DNA of 64,000 nt, from the NCBI GenBank assembly GCA_016720545.1, contig JADKKK010000003.1, positions 281,516 to 345,515 of the forward strand, written 5' to 3'. Position 1 is the first letter of the stretch. Each line of letters opens with the position of its first letter. Origin of the DNA: Myxococcales bacterium (GTDB lineage: Bacteria; Myxococcota_A; Polyangia; Polyangiales; Polyangiaceae). The translations under genes were made by a program, and so were the position numbers. Below the pieces are notes generated by a model. That model saw only the letters and a program-made list of their open reading frames with translations, made no database searches and was not told the DNA's origin. This document shows, piece after piece, positions 19,964-31,012 of this stretch.

Positions 19964-21444
19964 TCGACCGACACGTCGACGATGGCGCGGAACAGCGCCC
20001 GCAGCCCGCGCTGCAGGTTCACCACGCTCAGGCGCTCGTTCTTGCCGTGGTACCCGAGGAGCTCCTCCTTCTCGACCTCGAAGGGCATGAAGCCGAACGC
20101 GTGCACGCCCTTGTCGCGGAGGTAGAGGGAGTCGGTGTAGCCGGGCGAGAGCGCTGGCCCCGCGACGACGTGGGTGCGGCCGGCGACCGCGTGCCGCGCG
20201 AGCGCCTGGAAGAACGGATCGTGCCAGGTGTTCCCGCGCGAGGCCGCGCTGTCGAGCACCTCGAACGTGACCTGGGGGTCGGCGACGACGGTCTTCAGCT
20301 CGCCCAGAAAGCCCGAGGGCGAGGTGCCCGGCAGGAGGCGACAGTCGAGGATCGCGGAGACCTTCGAGGGGATGACGTTCGGCTCGTTGCGCCCCTCGAA
20401 GCCCGTCACGTTGACCGTGTTGAAGAGCGTCGCGCGGGCCGGAGGGTTGTCGAGGAGCTTGCCTAGGACGAGCTGCCGCACCAGGAACGGGCGCCGGAGC
20501 ACCTGGCCCGTGATGCCGCCCGTGTCGTAGCCCGCGCGGGCGGCGAGCTCGTAAATCGCCGGGTCGATCACCGGCGCGGGATCGCGCTTCGCGAGCTTGT
20601 CGAGGGCCGCGAGGAGCCGCTCGGGGGCCCGCCCCGGCACGGGCGTCGAGCCGTGCCCGGCCTCGCCGTTGGCCGTCATTTTCACCCACAGCGTGCCCTT
20701 CTCGGCGACCGAGATTGGGTAGACCGTCTGCCCCTCGAGGAGCAGATCTTTGATGCCTATTCCGCCCTCGTTCACCGACTGCGAACACCCAAGTTTGTCC
20801 CAGTGCTTGTCGACCAGGAAGCGCATCCCGCCGCTGTCGGTCTCCTCGGCGGCCACGGCCACGAGCACGACGCTCCGCCGGAGCGGCGCTTTGATGCGCT
20901 TGAGCCACACGAGGCTCATGAGCTCGACCGCGCCGAGGCTCTTCATGTCGAGCGCGCCTCGCCCCCAGATGTAGCCGTCGGCGACGGCGCCCGAGAGCGG
21001 GCCACGCCCGGGCTTCCAGGTGGCGGGCTCGGCGGTGACGACGTCGATGTGCGAGACCAGGCAGAGCGGCGGCTCCTTGCCCGAGCCCTCGAGCCGCGCG
21101 ATGAGGTTGCCCCGGCCGGGCGCGTACTCGAGGATCTCGGAGGGGATCCCTTCGGCCGCGAGGAGCTTGCCGAGGTGCTCGGCGCCGCGCGTCTCGTTGC
21201 CCGGCGGGTTCGTGGTGTCGACCTTGAGGTACTCGGAGAGCACCGTCACGATCTCGGCGTCGGCGCGCGGCCAGTCGACCTTCGCGTAGTACGGCACCGC
21301 GTGCGCGGGCGACGGCGGGAGCTTCGCCTCGGGCAGCGCGCAGTCGAAGAGCAGCAGCGAGAACGCCGCGACGCCCGCGAGCGGCAAGAAGCGCGCGAAG
21401 CGCGCGAAGCGCGATGGACCCGAGCGATGGCGTGGTGCGGCCAT
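19960..21444 (-). CDS. M20-family metallopeptidase (carboxypeptidase G2/ArgE/DapE-like), secreted
   Basis: Signal-like N-terminus [18 protein letters not shown]20 motifs HIDVV...GRGALDMK...AEETD...G(H)GS. 494 aa. Confidence 0.8.
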   Translation of the reverse strand: MAAPRHRSGPSRFARFARFLPLAGVAAFSLLLFDCALPEAKLPPSPAHAVPYYAKVDWPRADAEIVTVLSEYLKVDTTNPPGNETRGAEHLGKLLAAEGIPSEILEYAPGRGNLIARLEGSGKEPPLCLVSHIDVVTAEPATWKPGRGPLSGAVADGYIWGRGALDMKSLGAVELMSLVWLKRIKAPLRRSVVLVAVAAEETDSGGMRFLVDKHWDKLGCSQSVNEGGIGIKDLLLEGQTVYPISVAEKGTLWVKMTANGEAGHGSTPVPGRAPERLLAALDKLAKRDPAPVIDPAIYELAARAGYDTGGITGQVLRRPFLVRQLVLGKLLDNPPARATLFNTVNVTGFEGRNEPNVIPSKVSAILDCRLLPGTSPSGFLGELKTVVADPQVTFEVLDSAASRGNTWHDPFFQALARHAVAGRTHVVAGPALSPGYTDSLYLRDKGVHAFGFMPFEVEKEELLGYHGKNERLSVVNLQRGLRALFRAIVDVSVE

Positions 21445-21450
21445 GAGCGC

Positions 21451-22143
21451 CTAAGCTACACCACCGGTCGGGCCTTCCGGGCGCATCTTGCCGTCGACGA
21501 TCTCGAGGCTCCGGTCGCAGCGCGCCGCGATGCGCGGGTCGTGCGTCACGACCAAGAACGCTGTACCAAGCTCGCGGTTGAAGCGGCGCATCAGCGCGAG
21601 CACCTCGGCCGACGACTCGGTGTCGAGGTTGCCGGTGGGCTCGTCGGCGAGCACCAGGGCGGGCTGGTGCACGAGCGCGCGCGCGACGGCGACGCGCTGG
21701 GCCTGCCCTCCCGAGAGCTGGGTGGCCATGTAGTCGATGCGCTCGCCGAGCCCCACGTCGCGCAGCAGCGCCGTCGCCCTCTCGCGGGCGCCGGGAGCGG
21801 GAGCACCGTGCTGGCCCCACGAAGGCAGGAGCACGTTCTCGAGCGAGGTGAACGCGGGCAAGAGGTGGTGGAACTGGAAGATGAAGCCGAGCTTCAGGCC
21901 CCGAAGCTGGGTGAGCCCGGCGTCGTCGAGCGACGACGTGTCGACGCCGTCGATGACGACGCGGCCCGAGGTCGGGCGATCGAGGAGCCCGGCGAGGTTC
22001 AGCAGCGTGCTCTTGCCAGAGCCGGAGGGCCCCATGAGCGACACCACCTCCCCGGCGCCGACGGACATGTCCACGCCGTGGAGCACCCGGGCCGCCGGCC
22101 CGAAGTCCTTCACGACGCCCTCGAGGCGCAGGGCGTCAGCCAT
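21451..22143 (-). CDS. lolD: ABC transporter ATP-binding protein, LolD/MacB-ATPase type
   Basis: [15 protein letters not shown]... Walker [10 protein letters not shown], signature [15 protein letters not shown], Walker [13 protein letters not shown]. The start overlaps the end of the upstream permease. Confidence 0.85.
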   Translation of the reverse strand: MADALRLEGVVKDFGPAARVLHGVDMSVGAGEVVSLMGPSGSGKSTLLNLAGLLDRPTSGRVVIDGVDTSSLDDAGLTQLRGLKLGFIFQFHHLLPAFTSLENVLLPSWGQHGAPAPGARERATALLRDVGLGERIDYMATQLSGGQAQRVAVARALVHQPALVLADEPTGNLDTESSAEVLALMRRFNRELGTAFLVVTHDPRIAARCDRSLEIVDGKMRPEGPTGGVA

Positions 22144-23362
22144 GGCGGATCGCCGTGGCGGGGTCCATCCTCGCGGCGCGGCGCGCGGGAAGCACGGCGG
22201 AAAGGAGCCCAACTCCCGTGGCGAGGAGGGTCGCGCCGAGGAACAGATCGGCGGTGAGAGTGATCGGGAAGCGCGGCGTCCCGTTGGGATCGACGGCCAA
22301 CCGAGCGAACGAGACCGCGAAGGCCGCGCCCATCGCGGAGCCGAGGAACGAGCCCGAGAGGCCGAGCAGGCCACCCTGGATGAGGAAGATCCGCAGCACC
22401 CGCCGGGCGGGCGTCCCAACGGCTCGTAAGATCCCGATCTCACGCGACTTTTGAACGACCGAGACGATGAGCACGCTCGCGATCCCGAGGGCGACCGCGA
22501 GCACCACGAAGAACTGGATGAGGAGCTTCGAGCTGCTCTGCGCCGAGAGCCCCGCGAGCAGCTCGGCGTTGATCGACATCCAGCTCTCCACGAGGAGCGG
22601 GTGGCGCCCCCGCACGTCGGTCGCGACGCGCTCGGCTTCGAAGACGTCGGAGACCTTCAGCTCCAAGGTGGTCGCGCCGCCCGGCAGCGCGTAGAGCGCC
22701 TGCGCCTGGCGCAGCGAGGTGAGCATCCACGTGGAGTCGACGCCCTTGTTCCCGAGCTCGAAGATGCCGCCGACGGTGACGGTGTCGTCGACGCCCTCTG
22801 AGGTGACGACGCGGACCTTCTCGCCCACCGTCACGCCGAGGTCGGCCGCGAGCCCGCTGCCGAGCACCACGGTCGCCCCCGTGACCTCGAAGCGGCCGGC
22901 GCGGAGGCGCCGCTGAACGTCGATGATCGCCCCGAAGCGATCCGGATCGACGCCGCGCACGACGACGGGACGCTTCGCGAGGCCGCGCTCGGCGAAGCCC
23001 GCGCCGGTCACCGACGGCGACACCGCGATGACCCCCGGGACCCGCTCGAGGTCATGCGCCACGGCGGGCCACTGGTCGATGGACCGGAGCCGCTGCGGCG
23101 CCTTCTGGATGGCCCGCGCGATCACGCGCCCCTCGGAGGGCTCGACGAGCGGACGCGAGCGCTCCTCGGGGACGCGCACCGTCACGTGCGGCTGCGAGCC
23201 GAGGGTCTTGTCGATGAGGCTCGTCTGGAGCCCGGAGATGAGCGCAGAGAGAAACACGACCACGCTCACCCCCACCGACACCGCGGCGAGGATGAGCGCG
23301 GTCTGCGCGCGCTCTTCACGCAGGTAACGAAGCGCGACGAACCACTCGAACGGGAGGGCCAC
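22136..23362 (-). CDS. ABC transporter permease, FtsX/LolC/LolE family
   Basis: 408 aa. An N-terminal TM helix, a large periplasmic domain and the C-terminal FtsX-like 3-TM block (...[24 protein letters not shown]...). Confidence 0.8.
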   Translation of the reverse strand: MALPFEWFVALRYLREERAQTALILAAVSVGVSVVVFLSALISGLQTSLIDKTLGSQPHVTVRVPEERSRPLVEPSEGRVIARAIQKAPQRLRSIDQWPAVAHDLERVPGVIAVSPSVTGAGFAERGLAKRPVVVRGVDPDRFGAIIDVQRRLRAGRFEVTGATVVLGSGLAADLGVTVGEKVRVVTSEGVDDTVTVGGIFELGNKGVDSTWMLTSLRQAQALYALPGGATTLELKVSDVFEAERVATDVRGRHPLLVESWMSINAELLAGLSAQSSSKLLIQFFVVLAVALGIASVLIVSVVQKSREIGILRAVGTPARRVLRIFLIQGGLLGLSGSFLGSAMGAAFAVSFARLAVDPNGTPRFPITLTADLFLGATLLATGVGLLSAVLPARRAARMDPATAIRHG

Positions 23363-23364
23363 GG

Positions 23365-24600
23365 CTAGTGCACCCCCTCGCGCTCCGCTCCCGCGCGCTC
23401 CACGGCGCGCACGCGGCGACCGGGCTCGATCAGGCGACCGTCGGGCACGATGATCTGCTCGCCTTCGCCAAGGCCGCTCACGATCTCGGTGGCGCCCTCG
23501 GCGCCCTGGCCGCGAATACCGAGCTTCACCGCACGCCGCGCCGCCTTTCCGCCCACGATCGCGAGCACCCAGGGGCTCGGGGTCGCGGCGCCCCGCACGG
23601 CGTCGGTCGGCACCACGAGCGCGGCCTTCTTCGAGGCGACGAGCAGATCGATCGAGACGGTCATGTCCGGGCGCAAGTACGCGGGTGGCTTGGCGACGTC
23701 GAGGCGCACCTCGACCGTCCCTCGTTGCGGATCGATCGACGGCGCGAGGGAGCTCACCTCCGCGTCGAACACCTCGTTCGGGAAGGCGTCGGCCGACGCG
23801 AGCGCTCTCTGCCCGACCGCGACGGTGGAGAGGTTGCGCTCGTCGGCCTGAAACGCGAGCTCGATGTCGCCGTCGACGCCGATGACGAGCAAAGTGCGGC
23901 CCGGCTGCACCACGTCGCCGGGCTCGACGCTCCGCGACAGCACGGTGCCCGGGCTCGCGGCCACGAGGCGGGTCTGCCCGAGGCGCACCTCCGCGCCGGT
24001 GCGCTGGGCCTCGGCCTGGAGCAGCGCGCCCAGCGCGACGCGAGAGTCGGCCCCCATCGGCGCGGACGCCACCTGCTGGGCCTCCGCCGCGTTCTTCCGC
24101 GCCCTGGCGAGGTCGAGCGCCCGATGGGCGGACTCGAGCTCGGTCCGCGGCACGGCCCCCGACGCCGCGAGCGTGGTGGTGCGCCCGAGGTCGGACTCGG
24201 CCTTCGCGAGGTTCGTCTCCGCCTGACGGAGCTCCTGGCTCGCGATGATGGCGCCCACGTGCTGGAGCTGCGCGACCCGCCCGCGGGCCTGCTCGACCGC
24301 CGCCTTCGCCTGCGCGAGGCTCGCGCGCGCCTCCGCGTCGTTGATCTGCACGAGCAGGCTCCCCGCGTCGACGTGCTGCCCGACCGCGGCGCCGACCGCG
24401 ACCGCGAGCCCCGGCGAGGTGGCCGAGACGTTCACCCGCGCGGGCGCGAGCACGCGGCCGCTCGCCACGATGCGGTGCTCGAGATCACTCCGCACGACCC
24501 GCGCCGAGAGCACCTCCGGCCCACGCGCGCGGTGGGCGAGGCCCCCGGCGACCAGGACGACCAGCGCACCGGCGAGGAGCGGACGCGTGGGGAACGCCAT
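23365..24600 (-). CDS. HlyD-family periplasmic adaptor (membrane fusion protein, MacA-like)
   Basis: N-terminal TM helix, coiled-coil segment (EARASLAQAKAAVEQARGRVAQLQ...), then beta-barrel/lipoyl-like C-terminal domains. The listed 685-aa ORF 23365..25422 is an over-extension. Confidence 0.8.
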   Translation of the reverse strand: MAFPTRPLLAGALVVLVAGGLAHRARGPEVLSARVVRSDLEHRIVASGRVLAPARVNVSATSPGLAVAVGAAVGQHVDAGSLLVQINDAEARASLAQAKAAVEQARGRVAQLQHVGAIIASQELRQAETNLAKAESDLGRTTTLAASGAVPRTELESAHRALDLARARKNAAEAQQVASAPMGADSRVALGALLQAEAQRTGAEVRLGQTRLVAASPGTVLSRSVEPGDVVQPGRTLLVIGVDGDIELAFQADERNLSTVAVGQRALASADAFPNEVFDAEVSSLAPSIDPQRGTVEVRLDVAKPPAYLRPDMTVSIDLLVASKKAALVVPTDAVRGAATPSPWVLAIVGGKAARRAVKLGIRGQGAEGATEIVSGLGEGEQIIVPDGRLIEPGRRVRAVERAGAEREGVH

Positions 24601-24749
24601 GGCCGCTCCGTAGCACGGACGTGACCTCATCCGCACACGGATCGCCCCGGCAAGGCGTCGCACCTGGGCACAAAAGGCGAGCAATGATCCACACATGTCG
24701 GATGGAGATCCGCGGCCCGCCACCACGGCTCGGGACGCGCCGACGTGAA

Positions 24750-25562
24750 TCACACCCGACAGGCGACCAGCGACGGGCGGAGCTCGAGCTCGACCCCGAA
24801 CGCGCCCGCCAAGCGCTGGCGCGTGAGGACCGCGGAGGCCTCCCCCTGGGCAACGGTGCGGCCCTCCGCGAGGAGCAGCGCGTGCGTGGCCACGCGGTCG
24901 GCGGCGGCGAAGTCGTGCAGCACGACCACGGTGGCGAGGCCCTCGGCGCGGAGCTCGCCGAGCGCGCGGTAAAAGACCGCCGCGGCGCGCACGTCCAGCG
25001 ACGCGGTCGGCTCGTCGAGCAGCAGGACCTTCGGCTCCTGCGCAAGCGCCCGAGCGAGCGCGACCCGCTGCCGCTCGCCCCCGGAGAGCTCGTCGACGCG
25101 GGCCGACCGGAGCGCCCCGAGCTCGGCGCGCTCGATCTCCCGCTCCACCACCCGCGTGTCCTCCGCCGTCGGCGCGCGCCAGTGCCGCCAGGCGCTCGTG
25201 CCGTGTGTGGGCACGCGCCCCATCGCCACCACCTCGGTCACGGTGAACCCGAAGGCCACCTCGGTCTCCTGGGGGACGAGCGCCATGACGCGGGACGCCT
25301 TGGCGCGATCGTCCAGGGGCTCGCCGAAGAGCCGCACTGTCCCTCGGTCCAGCCGCAGACCGCCCGCCATGACGCGCAGCAGCGTGCTCTTCCCCGAGCC
25401 GTTCGGGCCACAGACCGCCCAAATTTCGCCGGCCTGCACGACGAGATCGACGCCCGAGAGGGCGGCTCGCGCGCCATATCCCGCGACGATCGCGCTGGCC
25501 GCGAGGGGGGGAGGCGATGTCAACGGCACCTGACTCTCCGCGTTAGTGTATCCTCGGACCAT
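24750..25562 (-). CDS. Orphan ABC transporter ATP-binding protein (FecE/FepC/BtuD-like import-type ATPase); start uncertain
   Basis: Walker [14 protein letters not shown], signature LSGGERQRVALARAL, Walker B LLLDEPTASLD, H-loop VLHD. No cognate permease or binding protein adjacent. Confidence 0.75.
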   Translation of the reverse strand: MVRGYTNAESQVPLTSPPPLAASAIVAGYGARAALSGVDLVVQAGEIWAVCGPNGSGKSTLLRVMAGGLRLDRGTVRLFGEPLDDRAKASRVMALVPQETEVAFGFTVTEVVAMGRVPTHGTSAWRHWRAPTAEDTRVVEREIERAELGALRSARVDELSGGERQRVALARALAQEPKVLLLDEPTASLDVRAAAVFYRALGELRAEGLATVVVLHDFAAADRVATHALLLAEGRTVAQGEASAVLTRQRLAGAFGVELELRPSLVACRV

Positions 25563-25587
25563 CGGCAACCGTGGCGGTGGAGGGCAG

Positions 25588-26184
<597 letters not shown>

Positions 26185-26275
26185 ACACGCGCCCAGCGCG
26201 CGGCCCAGCAGCTCGTCGTCCCGGGAATACCGCGGCGCATCGCCCGGTTGGACCTCCTGAAGGGCGGCGCTTACC

Positions 26276-26924
26276 ATGGGCATGTTCGGATCTGCCGCGA
26301 AGGCCAAGATGAAAGACACGTTCGTCGACGACGCCGTTGCCCACCTCGACGCACTCCATGCGGTCGCGTGCCGCCTCACGCGCAACCCGACCGAGGCCGA
26401 GGATCTCGTCCAAGACACGCTCGTCAAGGCCATGCGCGCGCGGGACCAATTCCAGGCCGGCACGAACATGAAGGCGTGGCTCTGCCGCATCCTCACGAAC
26501 ACCTTCATCAACAAGTACCGACGGGGCGGGCTCGAGCGCGCCGTCCTGGACGGCCCTGAACGCCGATCCCCTCGCCGACGGCTGGGTGGGCGCCTCCACC
26601 ATGCGGCAGCTTCGCGATCCGGAGCAGGTCGCCCTCACCCCGGTCGTCGCCGCCGAGGTGCAGCGAGCGCTCGACGAGCTGCCCGCCGAGTTTCGCCTCG
26701 CCGTCATCCTGTCCGACGTGGAGGAGTTCTCCTACGAGGAGATCGCGCAGATCATGGGCTGCCCCATCGGCACCGTGATGAGCCGGCTCCACCGCGGCCG
26801 AAAGCTCCTGCAACGTTCGCTCTACAACCATGCACTAGCGCTCGGCATCGTGAAGGGCGAGGAGCGGGGCCCGTCGCGGCCCGCCGACCTCGCCGAGTTC
26901 CGCCGGCGCAAGGGAGTCGCGTGA
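26276..26924 (+). CDS. ECF (sigma-70 family) sigma factor, apparent +1 frameshift near 26555
   Basis: Region 2 DLVQDTLVKAMRARDQF...WLCRILTNTFINKYRR in ORF 26276. Region 4 ELPAEFRLAVILSDVEEFSYEEIAQIMGCPIGTVMSRLHRGRKLLQ in ORF 26586..26924. Deleting one G in ggacGGccctg joins RAVLD-ALNADPL. Confidence 0.8.
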
Positions 26925-26952
26925 TGCGCTGCGTGTCCGTGTGGGGTCCCCA

Positions 26953-27882
26953 ATGACGCCGTCGTGCCATGAGAACGCAAGGCTTATCGGAGTGCTGCTC
27001 GACGGCCAACTCGACGCGGTGAAGACCCTCGACGTCGAGGAGCACATCGCGGTGTGCGAGTCGTGTCGCGAGCGCGTGCTGCTCGAGCGGGCCATTCGCG
27101 GCTCGGTGAAGCGGGCGGTGCGCGAGAGCGCCGCGAGCGCCGCCTCGGCGGGTTTCCGCGAGCGCATGTTGGGCGCGATGTCGGCCGAGCGCGACCGCTT
27201 GGACGCCCTCCAGCACCGCGAGGAGGAGGCGATCTCGGTGGCGTCGGCGTCGCTGGCCACGAGCGTGGTGCTGGCTCCCAAAGAGGGCAAGCCGGTCCGG
27301 CGCGGCCTCTTCTCGTGGCGGTCGGCTGTGCCGCTCGCCGCCGCGGCGGCCCTCGTGTTCGCCTGGGGGACCGTCTCGCAGGGGCCCGGTCCGCGCGGCG
27401 TCGCCGGCGCCGCACGCGCTGGCTTCATCGGCAACGAGACCCTCTCCGACCTGCTGGCGGAGCACTCGAGCCCGCTCCCCCCCGAGCGGACGAACGCGAA
27501 GGACATGCGGTCGCTCGAGCGCTACGTGGGCGTGCCCGTGCGGGCGCCGGCGTTCAAGAGCCCGCGCGCGCGCTTCGTGGGCGGGCGCCTCTTCAACGTG
27601 CAGCGCGAGCACGCGGCGATGCTCCAGTACCAGCTCGGCGACGGCCGCGACGGGGCGAGCGTCCAGCGGGTGACGGTGTTCATCTACGATCCGCAGCGCA
27701 TCCGCATCGCGAGCGACGGGCTCTCTCCGCGCGCGGTGGGCACAGCCGAGGTCCACGTGGGCCAGGCGGGCGGCCACTCGGTGGCCGTGACGCAGCGCGA
27801 GGGCGTCGGGTACGCGCTCGCGACGGACCTCGATCCCGAGGCTAGCGCGCAGCTCGCCGCGTTCACCGTCGACGACGAGTAG
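26953..27882 (+). CDS. Anti-sigma factor, ZAS (zinc-binding, ChrR/RsrA-like) N-terminal domain plus TM helix plus periplasmic domain
   Basis: Immediately downstream of the ECF sigma. HxxxCxxC-type motif EEHIAVCESCRER. TM helix AVPLAAAAALVFAWG. Confidence 0.65.
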   Translation: MTPSCHENARLIGVLLDGQLDAVKTLDVEEHIAVCESCRERVLLERAIRGSVKRAVRESAASAASAGFRERMLGAMSAERDRLDALQHREEEAISVASASLATSVVLAPKEGKPVRRGLFSWRSAVPLAAAAALVFAWGTVSQGPGPRGVAGAARAGFIGNETLSDLLAEHSSPLPPERTNAKDMRSLERYVGVPVRAPAFKSPRARFVGGRLFNVQREHAAMLQYQLGDGRDGASVQRVTVFIYDPQRIRIASDGLSPRAVGTAEVHVGQAGGHSVAVTQREGVGYALATDLDPEASAQLAAFTVDDE

Positions 27883-27963
27883 GCGAGGCGCGGGCTGGCG
27901 CGGTCTCGCGCCCCGCGGCGCGTTCTCGGCTGGTCGGAGCGCCGAGGTGCTACCTTGGGCGCC

Positions 27964-28920
27964 ATGCGCTTCGTCTACCTCATGGACGCGATGGACCGCG
28001 TCCTGCCCGACAAGGACACCACCTACGCCTTCCAGCGGGCCGCGCAGGCGCGCGGCCACGAGGCGCTGCACTGCGAGCTGCGCGACCTCTTCGTGAAGGA
28101 CGGGGAGGTGCACGCGCACGTCCGTGGGCTGGTGGTCGAGGCGGCGCCTCCCTACTTCCGCATGGGCACGCCCTCCCAGGTGCGCCTCGCCGACGTCGAG
28201 GCCGTGTTCATCCGCAAGGACCCGCCGTTCGACGACGCCTATCTGTACGCGACCTTGATGCTCGAACGCGCCCGCGGACGCACGGTTATCATCAATGATC
28301 CTCGCGGGTTGCGCGACGCGAACGAGAAGCTCTACACGCTCCACTTCGCGCGCCACATGCCCCGCACGCTGGTCACGGCCCGCGCCTCCGAAGTCACCGC
28401 GTTCCTCGACGAGGTCGGCGGTCGCGCGGTGGTCAAGCCCCTCGACGGCGCCGGCGGCGCGGGTGTGCTCCTCCTCACGAAGGGCGACAAGAACACGAAG
28501 AGCATCCTCGAGCTGCTCACCAGCGAGGGGCGCAAGCTCGTGATGGCGCAGGAGTTTCTGCCCGCGGTCACCGCCGGCGACAAGCGCGTGTTGCTCCTCG
28601 ACGGAGAGGTGCTCGGCGCGATCAACCGCGTCCCCCAAGGCGACGACATCCGCTCCAACATCCACGTGGGGGGGCGCGTGGAGCCGTGCGAGGTCACGGA
28701 GGCAGAGCGCGCGATCGTGGCCGACATCGCGCCGAGGCTCCGCGCCGACGGCCTCGTGTTCGTGGGCCTCGACCTCATCGGCGGACGCCTCACCGAGGTG
28801 AACGTCACGTCGCCCACCGGCATTCAAGAGCTCTCGCGCCACCGCGGCGAAGACGTCGCGACCCGCGTGATCGAGTGGGCCGAGCGGAAGGCGCTCGAGC
28901 TCCACCCCTCGCTGCCCTGA
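27964..28920 (+). CDS. gshB: Glutathione synthetase
   Basis: MRFVYLMDAMDRV...YAFQRAAQARGHE...VVKPLDGAGGAGV...GDKRVLLLDGEVLGAINRVP...NIHVGGRVEPCE...FVGLDLIGGRLTEVNVTSPTG, the GshB ATP-grasp fold. Confidence 0.9.
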   Translation: MRFVYLMDAMDRVLPDKDTTYAFQRAAQARGHEALHCELRDLFVKDGEVHAHVRGLVVEAAPPYFRMGTPSQVRLADVEAVFIRKDPPFDDAYLYATLMLERARGRTVIINDPRGLRDANEKLYTLHFARHMPRTLVTARASEVTAFLDEVGGRAVVKPLDGAGGAGVLLLTKGDKNTKSILELLTSEGRKLVMAQEFLPAVTAGDKRVLLLDGEVLGAINRVPQGDDIRSNIHVGGRVEPCEVTEAERAIVADIAPRLRADGLVFVGLDLIGGRLTEVNVTSPTGIQELSRHRGEDVATRVIEWAERKALELHPSLP

Positions 28921-28961
28921 GCCCGCCTGCGCCCACCGGCGCGCCGCCCCGCCCCCCCCGA

Positions 28962-30023
28962 ATGCCCGTCACCCTCGCCGTCCTCTCCAAGCGCTTGCCC
29001 AGCCCGGGCACCTCGACGCCACCGTCCGCCGAGGCCGGCGCGCGCTCCGAGCGGGCCATCACGTTCGACGCCACGCGCGTCGTGCTCGGGCGCGCCGCCT
29101 CGGCGGACCTCGTGTTGCCCGACGCGAGCGTGAGTCAGCGGCACGCCTCCATCCGCACGAGCGGCGCAGAGTACGCCGTCGTCGACGAGGGCAGCACGAA
29201 CGGCACCTTCGTGGGCGAGGTTAGGCTCACGCCCCACGTACCGCGCCCCCTGCGGAGCGGCGATCGGCTGCGACTCGGTCGGGTGTGGGTGGAGGTACGC
29301 TTCAACGCCGCGCCGGCCACGCGCGATCTCGGGCTCGCCACACGCGAGCTGGCGATGGCGATGGCCGCGGACCTCCTCGGCGGTGTCGACCAAGCCGTCG
29401 CCCGCGTCGAGGTGCACGGCGGCCCCGACGACGGCGCAACGATCGCCCTGACCGAGGAGGGCCGCGCGTACATGGTGGGCCGCGGCGAAGGCTGCGACCT
29501 GCTGCTCACCGATCCCGACACGTCGCGCCAGCACGTGCTCTTCGTCAGGCGTGGGGAGCAGACCTACGTGGTGGACCTGGGCTCGAAGAACGGCGCCTAC
29601 CTCGGACCCGACCGCCTCCCCGCCGAGCGCGAGGTGCGCGTGGCCTCGGGCCAGACGATCGCGCTGGGTCGCACCCGGCTCGTCCACGAGGAGCCCCTCG
29701 CGCGGGTGCTCGCGAGCCTGTCGGCCGCCCCAGACGACGAGGTGCTCGACGAGGAGCCTCCGCCGCCGCCTCCGCCCGCGAGCGCCTCGGTCCTGGCCGC
29801 TGCCACGGCCCCCGCCCCGGCGTCCGCGCCACTCGCGGCAGCAAGCGACGCGCCGCCCACGAGCGCCTCGGGCGGCGCGCCGCGATCGTCGCCGCCCGCG
29901 TCACGCCGGGCTCCCCGCGCCCGCGGCCCGAGCGCCGCCGACGTCGCCGTGGTGCTCGGCGCCCTCACGCTCATCGGGCTCAGCGCGGCCGGGCTCTACT
30001 GGCTGGTCGGCCCGGGGCGCTAA
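28962..30023 (+). CDS. Protein with two FHA domains and a C-terminal TM anchor
   Basis: Two FHA cores (GRAASADLVLPDASVSQRHASI...NGTFV and GRGEGCDLLLTDPDTSRQHVLF...SKNGAYL). Pro-rich linker. C-terminal VAVVLGALTLIGLSAAGLYWLV. Confidence 0.75.
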   Translation: MPVTLAVLSKRLPSPGTSTPPSAEAGARSERAITFDATRVVLGRAASADLVLPDASVSQRHASIRTSGAEYAVVDEGSTNGTFVGEVRLTPHVPRPLRSGDRLRLGRVWVEVRFNAAPATRDLGLATRELAMAMAADLLGGVDQAVARVEVHGGPDDGATIALTEEGRAYMVGRGEGCDLLLTDPDTSRQHVLFVRRGEQTYVVDLGSKNGAYLGPDRLPAEREVRVASGQTIALGRTRLVHEEPLARVLASLSAAPDDEVLDEEPPPPPPPASASVLAAATAPAPASAPLAAASDAPPTSASGGAPRSSPPASRRAPRARGPSAADVAVVLGALTLIGLSAAGLYWLVGPGR

Positions 30024-30108
30024 ATCAGCGTCCCAACTGCGATCATGTCGCCGGCTCGGCCGCCGCCGTCCTCGACTCCGGGCTCACTCGAACCGCGTCC
30101 GCCGGCGT

Positions 30109-30891
30109 TCACTGCTCGAAGCAGTAGAAGCGGGCCGTCTTCTGACAGCTGGCAGCGCCGGCGCTGCTCCAGTTCCCACGCAGTCCCCCGGCGGATCCGA
30201 TCCGCCCGAGGTGGTCGACCTCGGTCCCGCCCGCCCAGGAGTTGCAGTGACCCGCGAAGTCGATCGTTCCGTCCGCGAACGTGCCGGTCCACACGGCGTC
30301 GTCGAGACCGGGCGCAACGGCGGGGAGCCCGTTCGCGCCGAGCACGATGGGCTCTTCGGGACCCAAGACGATGGCCGCGCGAGAGGGGAACACGAGCGCG
30401 CCAAAGGTGCCCGCGACCACGCCGGGGAGACGCCACGACGCGCCGTCGGGCAGGCGACTGCCGGCGCTCACCGTCGGGACCGAGAGGTAAGCGTACCAGG
30501 TAGAGCCGAGCGCGCGGGCCTCGGTCGCGCAGCGGGCGTCGGCTTCGAGCTGTGCGTCCACGGTCGTTCCTGAAGCGAACGTGCCGGGGAAGGTCGCCTC
30601 GGTGAGAAACACACGCTTCTTCGCGAGTCCGGCGTCAACGCGGCTCGTGTCCAGCAGCGAGGAGTCCTCCACGCTCGCGTCGAGCTCGCCGGGGGGCCTG
30701 ACGTCCGGGTCCAGGCTGCTCGGGAGCGCGCGGTCGACGACGGCGCCGTCGGTCGCCGTCGTCACATCGAGAGGCACCGAAGCCTCGGCCGAAGCGCCCG
30801 CGTCCGCGTCCGGTGCCGTACCAAACGAGGAGCACGCGATCCCGAAGGGCGGGGCCGCGGCGAGCGCGAGGACGGCGTACCGAAGATCCAT
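30109..30891 (-). CDS. Secreted lipoprotein of a local paralogous family ending ...RFYCFEQ
   Basis: Lipobox FGIACSS. Shared blocks with 36477..37277 (C.TEARA...Y.A.LS...G...W.G...FYCF). Confidence 0.6.
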   Translation of the reverse strand: MDLRYAVLALAAAPPFGIACSSFGTAPDADAGASAEASVPLDVTTATDGAVVDRALPSSLDPDVRPPGELDASVEDSSLLDTSRVDAGLAKKRVFLTEATFPGTFASGTTVDAQLEADARCATEARALGSTWYAYLSVPTVSAGSRLPDGASWRLPGVVAGTFGALVFPSRAAIVLGPEEPIVLGANGLPAVAPGLDDAVWTGTFADGTIDFAGHCNSWAGGTEVDHLGRIGSAGGLRGNWSSAGAASCQKTARFYCFEQ

Positions 30892-31012
30892 TCCGTAGGA
30901 ATAGCACTGGGGAGAGGCGAGCGCGCGACGGCCCGCCAGCCGGACCGCGCGGGGCTGATCTGCTCGGTCGTGTCGCCCCTTCCCGCGGGGCCGCGGGGCT
31001 TTTACATCCGAT

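Noticed and set aside
18668-21820. 1050-aa - strand ORF listed as one protein
   Set aside because: Only the C-terminal ~431 aa (Omp85 barrel) are coherent. The upstream part is an out-of-frame read-through across the M20 peptidase gene, which is encoded in another frame (19960..21444).
23365-25422. 685-aa - strand ORF
   Set aside because: The N-terminal ~270 aa are Arg/Gly-rich nonsense read through the upstream ABC ATPase gene in the wrong frame. The real HlyD protein starts at MAFPTRPLLAG (24600).
26752-28905. 717-aa - strand ORF
   Set aside because: Antisense to the ECF sigma, the anti-sigma and gshB. No motifs.
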